Below are positions 35,257 to 47,837 of a stretch of 64,000 nt of DNA, piece after piece. Position 1 is the first letter of the stretch; the number at the start of each line of letters is the position of its first letter. Source of the DNA: Tubulanus polymorphus (Eukaryota > Animalia > Nemertea). Made by a program: the position numbers and the translations under genes. The DNA lies in NCBI RefSeq assembly GCF_964204645.1, contig NC_134027.1, positions 15,966,485 to 16,030,484 of the forward strand. Direction: 5' to 3'. The notes beneath the pieces are model-generated. The model saw only the letters and a program-made list of their open reading frames with translations. It ran no database searches and was not told the origin of the DNA.

Positions 35257-37452
35257 GATGTTGACGGTTTAAAGTTGCTGAGCAGAGTGATTAGTTTGTG
35301 AACTTACAACGCGTTTTTATTGTCAGAAAATGACTTGTCCGAACACGATTTACGGTTTCACTTGTTGTTGTGAAATATTTTTAGCCCAAACTCGTTCATG
35401 ATTTCACAATAGCCGTTAAAAGACGCCATCTTGGAATTATCCCCCACTTCCCCGCACGCACGCACGCACGCACACTCACACACGCTCCGCGCGCGCACGT
35501 GTATAAGGAATACGCAATATTGAGTTCGATTTAACCGATCGCTCACTCACTCGCTTTCACACACTCGCATGAACGAACCGTGACTTACGGATTTACGGAA
35601 ATGTCTGGCGAATTTGTTACCCCTGTGAAGCTGGCTTCCGGTTCCCGGTTCCTTATTCGGCTCCCGATTCAAAATGCTTTTGAACCGGGAGCCGAATCGG
35701 GAACCGGGAACCGGGAGCCGGCTACTGGTTCAGCTCCCGATTCAAAATGCTGTTGAACCGGGAGCCGAATCGGGAACCGGGAACCGGGAGCCGGCTACTG
35801 GTTCAGCTCCCGATTCAAAATGCTTTTGAACCGGGAGCCGAACCGGGAACCGGGAGCCGGCTACTGGTTCAGCTCCCGATTCAAAATGCTTTTGAACCGG
35901 GAGCCGAATCGGGAACCGGGAACCGGGAGCCGGCTACTGGTTCAGCTCCCGATTCAAAATGTGAAGCTGGCTACTTATTCGCCAGGTGGCGCTGGTGTAC
36001 ACTGTGCTGTAGTCCAGACATTTTACGTAACTATGTCTACTCTGCTGATAAACAAACTCGACCTCGACCTTGACAAGAAATCGCCAGGTGTGGCGCGAGC
36101 CAATCCAGACGTCTAAACACGATTGCGTATGCGACCGCGAGACTTGCGGTCGCTATACGTCAGTAAGCTGCGTCTATTAATAACATAACTTGGTTTAAGA
36201 ACGTGCGTATTGCTCGGTCGTTTTTCTCGTCACCAATCGACTTCTTCATATGTTATTCGCCTCTTTAATCATTTAATCAATAAACCATCGATTGTTCCCG
36301 AGCTATAGGGTATTTATTAGTCAGCACTGAAAGGGTTAACAAGAGAGAAAGTTTCTAACGAAAGTTATCGAATCCCCAAGACAACAATATCTGCAAGCCC
36401 ATGAAATTGTAAGATATAAAATAAACAGACGCTTTCTGCCTACCGTATAAATCACCCTTCATGCAGGGTAAATCCATTGTCGAAGATGAAAAAACAATCA
36501 CTTCAATATTCTATTAAACTTAATATTTTCCTATCTATCAAATTCCATAGAAAAAAGACCGGGAACCGGGAGCCGGAACCGATTCGGCTCCCGATTCAAA
36601 ATCATTTTGAATCGGGAGCCGAATCGGGAACCGGTAGCCGGCTCCCGGTTCAAAACCATTTTGAATCGGGAGCCGAACCTGGAACCGGGAACCGGTAGCC
36701 GGCTCCCGATTCAAAATGTGAAGCTGGCTACTTATTCGATTCGACTCTATTGCGGACAGGTAAATGTTATGATTGCGTAACTATGGTGTCTGCTCTCAAG
36801 TGCTAACCGCAACCTTGACCACCAGTCGAGACGAGGCCAATCGAGACGTCTAAACACATCGCGCAACCAGGTGTGCTGACCGCGAGCGTTGCCCGGAGCG
36901 TTGACCTGCACTTTGACTCAGCAACTCATAATATCTTCTTTCATTCATTGAAGGTTTTGTGAAATAAGCGAAATCCTCGGAAATTTCTTTCCTTTTAAAA
37001 ACTGCCAGCTGCTGCTACTACGTCATCATTCCGATATGTATGAAGCTACGAGATAGATTGTACGCGTGACTTGTGATATGTAGTTTTTCCCACAGCCAAA
37101 TGGGTTAATGCCCTGGGCCCGGCTTAGGTGATAATTCGAATTGAAAGTGCTTTATTCTAGTTAGTGAATTCGATGATTAAATCTCTTTCACAAACGCTAA
37201 TTAGGGAAGAATTTACTAATTAGAAGTATCTACAAATAGAAGTCTAATACCTGGACACAACAAATCACCAGGTGATGGCACGAGCCAATTCAGACGTCTA
37301 AACACGATTGCGTAAACATGTCTGCTGATAAGAGCTAAAGTTAACCTCTACCTCAACCACCATAACAATGTGGAAGCCAATGGAGACGTCTTAACAAACA
37401 CCACGTGCGTGCCGATGTCTGCAACTCTAGTAAATATTTGATCAGAACAGAA

Positions 37453-38453
37453 TTAGAAAAGAATGGATTTATTTTCACCATTTCACCCAACATTTGAATC
37501 CTTGAGGAAGGATAAAATTATTTAAAATTACATGTTCAACTGAATGAATTTTTTTTTGAAATAATGTTTATTTGTTTAATTTGTTTGCAACGGAAAATTT
37601 TCAGTCTTTGGCAATAATGAAAATGTCTGCTGATTGTGGTTTAACACGAAACATTTGGACACATCAATTTATGACTAACCAATTAATGACAAACATTTAA
37701 AGGATTAAAACATAATTTCCGTGACCAGTTTAAGAAAATATGTCTGTCATTGATTCTTATGCCCCGCTGGAAATATTTTATTTGGTGAATCCCATTGTGT
37801 GTTCCTTGAGGTACCCCATAAAAAGTGCGTATTGCAATATCGCTTTGAAATCCTTAATGCTTTGATATTTTGGAAAAACCTTTCAAACCTTCACGGCCGT
37901 TAGGCTAAATCTAAATATCAGTTTATAGCGTAATATTTTCGTCTGTGTGCAATGGCAATCGTTTGAATGGCGAATAAATTCGTATTCAATTCAGATGTCT
38001 CTAACGCGTTTGCATAACTATGTCAGATGCTGGCGAGCGGTTACCTCGACCTTGGCCACCAGATAAGGCGAGCTGTCAATCAACACCACGTCTTGCCGAG
38101 GTCAGTGGTTTCAAAGTTGCTATGCGCAAGTATACGGTATTCCCCAGTCCATACGTCTTTTCGTATGTCTGGTGATCGAGCGGCAGATAACACTGCTCAA
38201 TCAGATGGTCTAGACTGTGGCTTCTCTAATATCTGGACACATCCAGTCTTAAAAAACCACAATCAGCAAACATTTTCATTATTGCCAAAGTTGCCAAAGA
38301 CTGAAAATTTTCCGTTGCAAACAAATTAAACAAATTAACAGATATTCATTGAAAAAATTCATTCAGTTGAACATGTAATTGTAAATAATGTTATCCTCCC
38401 TCAAGCATTGAAATGCTGGGTGAAATGGTGAAATTAAATCCATTCTTTTCTAA
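37453..38453. repeat. Diverged inverted repeat with ~190-bp arms
   Basis: 37453-37642 is the reverse complement of ~38255-38453. Confidence 0.7.
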
Positions 38454-39659
38454 CACATCAATGTATTCAGTTATCGCGACTCACAGGATGACTTGACCGA
38501 TCGGATGGATTTTATTTGTCAGTTTGCTAATCGACCTAAGTGACACCGCTTGCCCGGTCGTAAGAAGCCAGGTGTCCTTTTATTTAAGCATATCAATCGG
38601 ATTGCCCCGTGCTCTATTAAATATTGTGAATCTAGTTTTCAAAATGATATTAGTTTTCTCTGCATGTCTGCCGAATATTTGTAAACGAAATTTGGCCAGC
38701 ACATACCATGGAAATAGTTATCAATAGAATAATAGAAATGATGTTTTATTCTCTGAAGAACCATGTTGGTGCCGGGACATTTCCTCACAGAGGGAGATAT
38801 CTTCAGCGAAATGGCTGATGATGTGTTTATATTTCAGTTTGTTATGATTTTATATGTTATACTTAATCCAATGCCTAATTCTAATAATTATTCATATTTT
38901 GGCCAGGGTTATTAAGTACCAAATCTGAATTGTCACATCTACATGAACACCCATCAAATAACTGTGATGTGTTCCCCCCCCCCCCCAAAAAAAAAAACTC
39001 CAACCAAGATTACGCTGGTTGAGTGCATAGAAACCACAGGGTTCCAGGTGTGTAATGATGAGAAGCTGTAAATGTAGCGTGACCAGAGCGCTTCTGTTAA
39101 ACATCAATCTACAAGCGCGTAGATGAACTGAGAATACTGCCTCCCGAGCGCAAACAAATCAATTGATTGTTCCCAGTCATAAAACGCTTTTAGTGCATGA
39201 GCAATGCAACCCCCAGTGATAGGAGAATGAATGCAACGTAAGTCACTCAAGCCGCCTGTATCCGCCATGGCACTTTTTTCGTATGCTGCGTAAAATGGTT
39301 ATAGTGGGATTCGAACCCAATAGCTTGTGATAAACTAGGCACCTAAGTAATCGAAATACCGAACAGAAATCAACATCCTCCTATTTTAATTTCCGGAATA
39401 TTTCAGAATTAATTTCAAGTATATTATCAATCAGTGATTATGACAGATGTGAGCGTTCACTTCAAATGTAAGTAAGTTTGGACGAATTTTGGTGGCCTAT
39501 CTCAGATGAAAGCCTTGACTATTTACTACAAAATAACACGAACTTGTAATGCATGGAAACAAACGGCAAATGAGCTATTCCGGTATATCTATCGCGATGC
39601 CCCGATGCCGATGGCCGCCCGAAGATTGATGTCTTGTTGGTTGGATTTTACTAGGGCTC

Positions 39660-40958
39660 GCAAAAGGTAGAAAGTTTCTAATGTCCGATCGACAGTACCG
39701 GTAGCGCCGCTACTTAGCAATAATAAGAACTAATGTTATTGACGATGTTTTGTTAAGTGGAAAGACGCCGAGTACCAGTATATATCCGATAGGTTCGAAT
39801 CCCCAATTTCTTCGGAATGATTTGATTTTAAAATAGCGATCGTGTTAATAGATTTGGTGTACCTTATTATACTTACCCACCGTCAACACACCTGCCGGAT
39901 GTGAAACGGAGGACGTCCTATTCCAATGACGCTAAAGATTTTGTGTTAATTTTATGGTACTGTAACGGCGGTATGAATTAAATTCAGCTTAGACTGAGAG
40001 AAAAGTATTTTAAGGCAAACTCTAATGGGCTAACTGCACATCATCGAAAGACTTCTCATCCATCGATACTTGATAAAAATGAAATAAACATCTAGTTCCA
40101 ATTATCTCATGTAAGCATAACATTTATTTTGAAAATCTCAACCATACATCAAAACATTAAAGCCTTCTATATCAAATGCAATCTTTTGCTAACATAAACA
40201 ATAGACAAATGGCCATATCTCTATCATATTAATTATATCACGAATGCTAAATATTGCGATATTAATTGAAATCGTTCAACCAACAAATGGATTTACGTAG
40301 TTAACATAATATCATCACAAACCATTCATATCCTTGGCAAAGGACTTATAAGCTTTTAGAATATCCAACCAGGAAAACTTTAGTCTCATTTCTATGCGAG
40401 TAGAAATACATTATCATTATAACATCCATGTCTTTGCATTATATATAACATCCATATCTGTGCATTATATATATGTTTTTAATGTCATATCGCTTAATAA
40501 TAATCAATCCAATAATTAAATTAATAATACTAATTTATTTATAAATTAATAATTGATAATTAAACTATCAACTCTGCTATAATTGAGTTACACATGAGGT
40601 AAAAAATTTATGACATAAAAACTCCTGTCAGAGTAATAGAAGTAACTGTCTAATACATGAAATAACACATTTTATACAATGAACTGAGCTCGGAATCTGA
40701 TGAAAATATTCAATCTGAGATCTTACGAATGATGTTATTTTAGCCCTCTACTTCTGAAAACTGAATAGCGCGCTGTGAACTTCAACTTCAAAACAAATTT
40801 GTTGAACAGCAGTGTATCTAAAAACTGTACGTACAGTGTACCGCGAACTGAACGCGGCGTCTTCTCACTTAGAAAATTATCGACTTGACAGATTAGTTCG
40901 ATTTTCGACCGCGGCGGCGCTATACGACATTGGACAAAAGAAACTTTCTACCTTTTGC
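39660..40958. mobile_element. Non-autonomous TIR transposon, copy 2 (inverted)
   Basis: Same TIR as 19340-20642; TSD CTAGGGCTC on both sides. Confidence 0.92.
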
Positions 40959-43941
40959 CTAGGGCTCAGTATTGTCCCTTGCGGTAAATGAGCGGTTAAT
41001 TGGTCGATTAAATGTCGGTAATTAGATGGTAATTAAGTGGTAAATTGTCTATTTGATATCGTCGATATCAAACAATATCCGGCTAATTACCGACGTATAG
41101 GATTAACGACGATTTTCCGACGACGAACTTCCGACAGAAATGAGATAGCGGCAAAATCGTCGGATTTTATTACCATGGTAGCAACAATACACGTAGTTTA
41201 TATAATGACGTTCAAATTCCATTTCTAATCACGATTTTCGACTACCTCCACATTTCTTAACCCCGAGATATTTCAAATTGATTGATTGATCGATTGACTT
41301 CTGAACGTGAACAAATGATTTTCCATCCTTATAATTCCATTAAAAAATTCCACATGTTCAGATATTTTTTATATAAGGTTTATGAATGATTGATATTTTG
41401 AAATGTTAGTATTATAGCATTTTTATGTTATAGCAAGTGTGCATTGATTCATTGCATATTTCATTGCGATAATATCTCAAACAACAATTGTCCAGTACAT
41501 CGTTACCTCAGGCTATTAGAATATTCACACAATACAGATGTCGGATTGTGGTTTTTGAGTATAACAGATTCCATTGAAATTGGTTTAAGTCGTTTGTATG
41601 TGTAACTGGGGTAGCTCGTTTGCGCTGTGATTTTCATTACACACAGTCAATGGAGTTGATACCCTGGGGAAAACGAAATCGACAAGAAAGAATATGGTCA
41701 TGCTGACATGGTTCTACTAAGTACTTGTGTGCCTATGTTTCGTAGAATAATTGGAACATTGAACTTATTACTTTTGCTAGAGCAAATAACATGTTTTGCC
41801 GACTGTGACGAACTGCTGCAGACATCAACAAAACATAAATCAGAATTATAATTCGACAGAGACGTGTTCACATTTAGGGTGTTAAATAAATGGAGCTGAC
41901 GGTGATGGGTCACAGTTGTATTTCCCACAAATGGCAATACATTTCAAACCGACCAATAACGTTTCATGCGGTCCTCGTTGAGAGCTATGCAAACCACTCT
42001 TAGTACGGTATACAAAGTTTGTTTGAAATCAAAAGAGAATAAATTTTTAAAAGATAAAGAATTGCCTTCATCTTATGTTCAGCTTTACAGTATGTTCCCT
42101 GCATACAAAAATACAAACCCTACATTCAAATGATTAATCCAAGATTCTACTACATATTTACTACAGTTGCATTGAGATCTCACTAACATCACACATAGTG
42201 GTTGCTAAGACGTCTCAATTGTCTAGCTCGGTTAAGGTCGAGGTTACAGCTAACAAACACAGTTACGCAATGGTGACGGACGTCTGGATTCGATACGTAA
42301 TTAAACTGATATGCTAATCAGCCACGTTCAGTGGCCCCACTGAAGTTCATTACTTGTTTGTTCCTTGTTCCTTATTGAGATTTCGTCTTTACCGGTTCAA
42401 TTTTCGTTACTTATTGAGAATTCATCTCCCAATAAGGAACAAATAACATGTTACATGTTCCTTGTTCCTTCTTCCTTATTCAGATTTTCGTCTTTACCGG
42501 TTCAGATTTAAGCGGCGTGATCAGTACGCACAATAGGGAGCATTTATTGATTGCTAGAAAAGCGATAAAGCGACTCAACTTGTCGTGTTGTATTGCTATA
42601 ATACTTAACACTGCATTTTCACATTTGTGATCATACGTACTAATTTCCCCTGGAGCGGTGCCCCGGCAACAGTGCGTCAGCAACAGGTGGGATTCTCACG
42701 CGTATCTCATTGAGCGGTGATGAGTGATAACAGATATCAATTTCTTCACACGGTCAGCTTTTCCGATATCAAAATAGTAGGTCAGCATCATTGCTTGGTG
42801 ACGTAGCTACGATAGTCCCAGTTGATCGTGTCATCACGTCTGGCGCAACCTCGGAAATCCTCTCGATGACAGACACTGTCCAATAAACATCGGATCGCCT
42901 CTCTGGCGCCATACTTGCGTGGGTTTGATTGCAGCCCACCGAAACTCTTGCTTCAGCGTCTCAAAACGTTTTTTTCTTTTGGCCACATGGCCAATGAATT
43001 GTACTTTTCGTGATTGATAAACGCAATGCTTATTTCGCAAAGGAATGATTACTTATAAATGCGTCGTTCATTTATTCTTCACTTTGTTTACACAGTTCAC
43101 CAAACTCACTGTTGATTTTTTCACGGTATGTCGGTGATAAACCTAAGCACGTATGCGCTCTCTAGCGTATACAATTGATATATACGTATCCAATTGATAG
43201 TCATAATTTGTTCCCTCTTATATATCACGGCTATATGATGCACCCACTAACATATATGTTTATCATATCATATACGATGGCACCAACAATACTTTAGAAA
43301 TCATTAATTTAAAAAATCTTAAATACCCCTTTTAAATGAATAGAAACTGAGTAAACAGTAAGCTTTCAACAGAGATGACGTCAGGAACACGTACCTGCAC
43401 ACATCTAGATACAGTGAGCACCTGCTCAAACTGCCGATTTATAAGTGTATTTCAGGAAATGACTGAAATGATAATCAGTAGCATATAATAACTTGTGAAC
43501 ATATTACTTCATAGAAAAAGTATGACATGATATTCTATTAATTGTACATGTGCCCTTTAAGCAAGTAGAATCAACATCGCGGATTGAATCCTTCATTGTA
43601 AAGGAGACATGCTGAAACTTCACTATCATTTAGTTCCAAACTTTGTTTTTTTTCATTCCAGAAATTATATAACTATGCCTTTAAAATTCCAATAAATCGA
43701 CCCTCTAAACCTTCGACCTTCATTATATATGACTCATCAACGATATTCGAGATATATCAAAAATTTTGAAATTATGTACTTTTACAAAGGAATTCCGTTG
43801 GTAGTAATAAGTTGGAAAACTGTTCCGATTCGACTTTTTTTACTAAAACACCCTAAATCGATTCGGCGCTATGGTTTAAGTTACAGCGCATCATCAAATA
43901 CATCGAAAAACCAACCGATGACCTCTCGTAACATCTCTATT

Positions 43942-44219
43942 CATGGCCGTCGGAACAGGGGCGGCAGGGGCGGCCAAAGCCGCCCCACTTTTTTGCTTAA
44001 CAAAATATTTTTCAAAAGCACGCTGAACCGCGTAGCAGCTCGTCGTTCTCTGTACTAGGTGGTTGGCTCACGGCTTCTCGTGCTACTGTGAGTGAGACCG
44101 TGAAATGGCCCCAAAATGCATCTCCGGCGATTGAATTTTCAAAATTTTTCTAGGGGAGGGCCCCTAAACCCCCTTCAGAAATAAGCCTCGCCACTTAAAA
44201 ATTCCTTCCGACGGCTCTG
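43942..44219. mobile_element. Small MITE
   Basis: CATGGCCGTCGGAA...TTCCGACGGCTCTG ends; CTATT on both flanks. Confidence 0.55.
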
Positions 44220-46649
44220 CTATTACCTTTTGACATTTCATTCGTTCCAGGTTTTCTATTCTCACATGGCGCGAGTATACGATATTCCTCAGTCCAGACG
44301 TATTTACGTAACCATGTCTCGCCTGAGATAAGCGATAGCTAACCTGACCTCGGTCACTAGGCTAATCGAGACGTCTGCGTGTGCAGATTTCAGTAGTTTC
44401 ACAGTTGCTATGCAACCACAGTAACCATTGGATTAGAATACATATGAATATATTTACCTACACTACAACCCTTTCTTCCAAATTATCCACATGTTTTCGT
44501 TTTCTAGTGTGTTATAATATTTACGGAAAATATAATACTCAACAAAAAAGGCGACTATAGGTATGTATATGTAGGTGATTCAGACGGTGGGCGGACGTCT
44601 CGATCGAACGCCTGTTTATTTGACGATGTCACAATTTTGATCTTGTTGATCGCATTTTCACCAGGTTCGGGTTTCGGGTTTCACGAAGGGGAATTTAAGC
44701 TCCCCCTAATTCCGGTGTGCATAATTAGCGACGGGGCTGGTCATTTTATTAATGATAGTTTTTTCATCGTATAGGAATAATGCAATAATTAATTTGGAAT
44801 TAACTTCGGAGATAATTACAATTAATTACTTTTCCCTAATTAGCGTTTGTGAAAGAGATTTAATCATCGAATTCACTAACTAGAATAAAGCACTTTCAAT
44901 TCGAATTATCACCTAAACCGGGCCCAGGGCATTAACCCATTTGGCTGTGGGAAAAACTACATATCACAAGTCACGCGTACAATCTATCTCGTAGCTTCAT
45001 ACACTCATATCGGAATGATGACGTATTAGCAGCAGCTGGCAGTTTTTAAAAGGAAAGAAATTTGCGAGGATTTCGCTTATTTCACAAAACCTTCAATGAA
45101 TAAAAGAAGATATTATGAGTTGCTGAGTCAAAGTGCATGTCAACGCTCCGGGCAACGCTCGCGGTCAGCACACCTGGTTGCGCGATGTGTTTAGACGTCT
45201 CGATTGGCCTCGTCTCGACTCGTGGTCAAGGTTGCGGCTAGCACTTGAGAGCAGACACCATAGTTACGCAATCATAACATTTACCTGTCCGCAATAGAGT
45301 CGAATCGAATAAGTAGCCAGCTTCACATTTTGAATCGGGAGCCGAACCAGTAGCCGGTTCCCGGTTCCCGATTCGAAATGATTTTGAATCGGGAGGAAAT
45401 CGTCACACGCGTGGTGTTAATTCAGACGTCTCGATTAGCCTGGTGGCCGAGGTCAAGGTTGCACTCATTTCAGCAGACATAGTTACGTAATTATGTTTAC
45501 CTGCTGTCCGCAATTGAGTCGAATCGAATAAGTAGCCAGCTTCACATTTTGCAATTGAGACGTCTAAACAACCATCTTATCTCTGCGCCAATGTTAGTGG
45601 TCTCACTGTTTTACCAACTATTGGATTAGAATTTTGTGTGCGCTCTCATTTCCAGCTATTTTTGGTTTAGGGATGAGAAAAATGTTCTTTTATGTTTTCT
45701 ATGGAATTTGATAGATAGGAAAATATTAAGTTTAATAGAATATTGAAGTGATTGTTTTTTCATCTTCGACAATGGATTTACCCTGCATGAAGGGTGATTT
45801 ATACGGCGGGCAGAAAGCGTCTGTTTATTTTATATCTTACAATTTCATGGGCTTGCAGATATTGTTGTCTTGGGGATTCGATAACTTTCGTTGGAAACTT
45901 TCTCTCTTGTTAACCCTTTCAGTGCTGACTAATCAATACCCTATAGCTCGGGAACAATCGATGGTTTATTGATTAAATGATTAAAGAGGCGAATAAGTCG
46001 ATTGGTGACGAGAAAAACGACCGAGCAATACGCACGTTCTTAAACCAAGTTATGTTATTAATAGACGCAGCTTACTGACGTATAGCTACATACAGCTGAC
46101 CGCGAGTCTCGCGGTCGCATACGCAATCGTGTTTAGACGTGTTTAGACGTCTGGATTGGCTCGCGCCACACCTGGCGATTTCTTGTCAAGGTCGAGGTCG
46201 AGTTTGTTTATCAGCAGAGTAGACATAGTTACGTAAAATGTCTGGACTACAGCACAGTGTACACCAGCGCCACCTGGCGAATAAGTAGCCAGCTTCACAT
46301 TTTGAATCGGGAGCTGAACCAGTAGCCGGCTCCCGGTTCCCGGTTCCCGATTCGGCTCCCGGTTCAAAAGCATTTTGAATCGGGAGCTGAACCAGTAGCC
46401 GGCTCCCGGTTCCCGGTTCCCGATTCGGCTCCCGGTTCAAAAGCATTTTGAATCGGGAGCTGAACCAGTAGCCGGCTCCCAGTTCCCGGTTCCCGATTCG
46501 GCTCCCGGTTCAACAGCATTTTGAATCGGGAGCTGAACCAGTAGCCGGCTCCCGGTTCCCGATTCGGCTCCCGGTTCAAAAGCATTTTGAATCGGGAGCC
46601 GAATAAGGAACCGGGAACCGGGAGCCAGCTTCACAGGGGTGAATTTTTT

Positions 46650-47576
46650 ACCCTTGAAAACATTTTCCTTAAAAAATCAACCACCACGGATCATGTCGAC
46701 TTTGAAGATATCAACTGGTCTAACGGATTTGCTATTTGCAAATATTGTAAAACGACAATTATATACGGTAGTTTTCGAGTAACGACATGCTGTAGGAAAC
46801 CGATTTGCGAAGATTGTTTGGAAAACACTCGGTAAACAGGAGGATTTGTTTCATTCTTGCGGTAAAACTTTATGTCGGACATGTTTAAACGAACTCAAAG
46901 CGTATGAATGGTATGAAGAAAACTTTTGTTATAACTGCAAAACTTTATTTTGTGGCGTAAACACGTGTTAAGTATGTTTGGAGATAACTGAACAAAAGAT
47001 GGATTGCTGCGGCTCTTATATTCACGTTTCGTGTGCCAAGGAATTCGGGTTTTAACCGTGTTTTAACTGTAAATTTTTACGGTGAAAAAATGCTTTTATT
47101 TGTTTAACATTTGTTTTTCAATTTTGTGGTTTCTTTGTCTCGAAACTCGGGATTTCTTGGAAAAGAAAGCGCCATCTAGGATATACTCCCCTCCTCACAC
47201 ACACGCACACGCACACCCACACCCACACGTGATCTCAGGGAAAAAGCGCCATCTAGGATTTACTCCTCCCCACCACACAGACACACAAACACACATGATC
47301 TCAAGGAAAAAAGCGCCATCTAGGAATTAACTTCACACCACTTACCCCACCCCCTCCACACACGCATAGGATGTCGTAATTGATCTACTAAATAAATTTG
47401 GATTTTCCCGCCAAAATTTGAATTTCCCGCCATTTTAACCGTTACTTCCGGCCGCCATATTGGATGACGTCACTTCCGGTCGCCATCTTGGATGACGGCA
47501 CTTCCAGTATTACGTCACTTCCGGTGCCCTCCTCCCTCACTCCACTGTGGTACCATAGTGACGGACCCTAACTACT
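46650..47576 (+). mobile_element. Probable right terminus of a third Polinton family (continuous with 35257-35618)
   Basis: Ends CCCTAACTACT; clustered GCCATCTTGG, TGACGTCA and CACTTCCGG motifs; Cys-rich ORF remnant. Confidence 0.5.
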
Positions 47577-47837
47577 TACACCCTTCTCACCTGGCCATTC
47601 ACCTACGCTCCCACGGAACGTTATAATGAATCATTGTTCGATTATCTTACATTAAGTAGTGGTCATTATTGACATCTATTCGGACCTTTTGGATATTTTC
47701 TGAGCTGGTTCGACCTTATAAACTCGGTTCGACCGTATAGCGCGGCCGAACGCCTTTCTCGCCACCAGTGCGCTCTTCAAATCGAAATCGAAAAATTGCA
47801 CGTTTTCGGTGACCGACACGCCCAGACCTCGGAACTC

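Larger units (their letters stand above)
35619..46640. mobile_element. 11-kb foldback-type element with long modular TIRs
   Basis: ACCCCTGTGAAGCTGGCT termini; 9-bp TSD GAATTTGTT/GAATTTTTT. Arms 35619-36554 with 45695-46640, and ~36695-37210 with ~44830-45365. ~70-bp tandem repeats in the TIRs. Confidence 0.85.

Noticed and set aside
35747-36698. NREPNREPG-type ORFs (also 46143-46634)
   Set aside because: Read-through of tandem repeats in the foldback TIRs.
39300-39325. tRNA-like GGGATTCGAACCC (also near 20500)
   Set aside because: Only a B-box-like motif; no cloverleaf could be built.
47100-47576. Missing right TIR of outer element B
   Set aside because: Does not match 1172 onward beyond AGTA, and the flank does not repeat GGCGTG.
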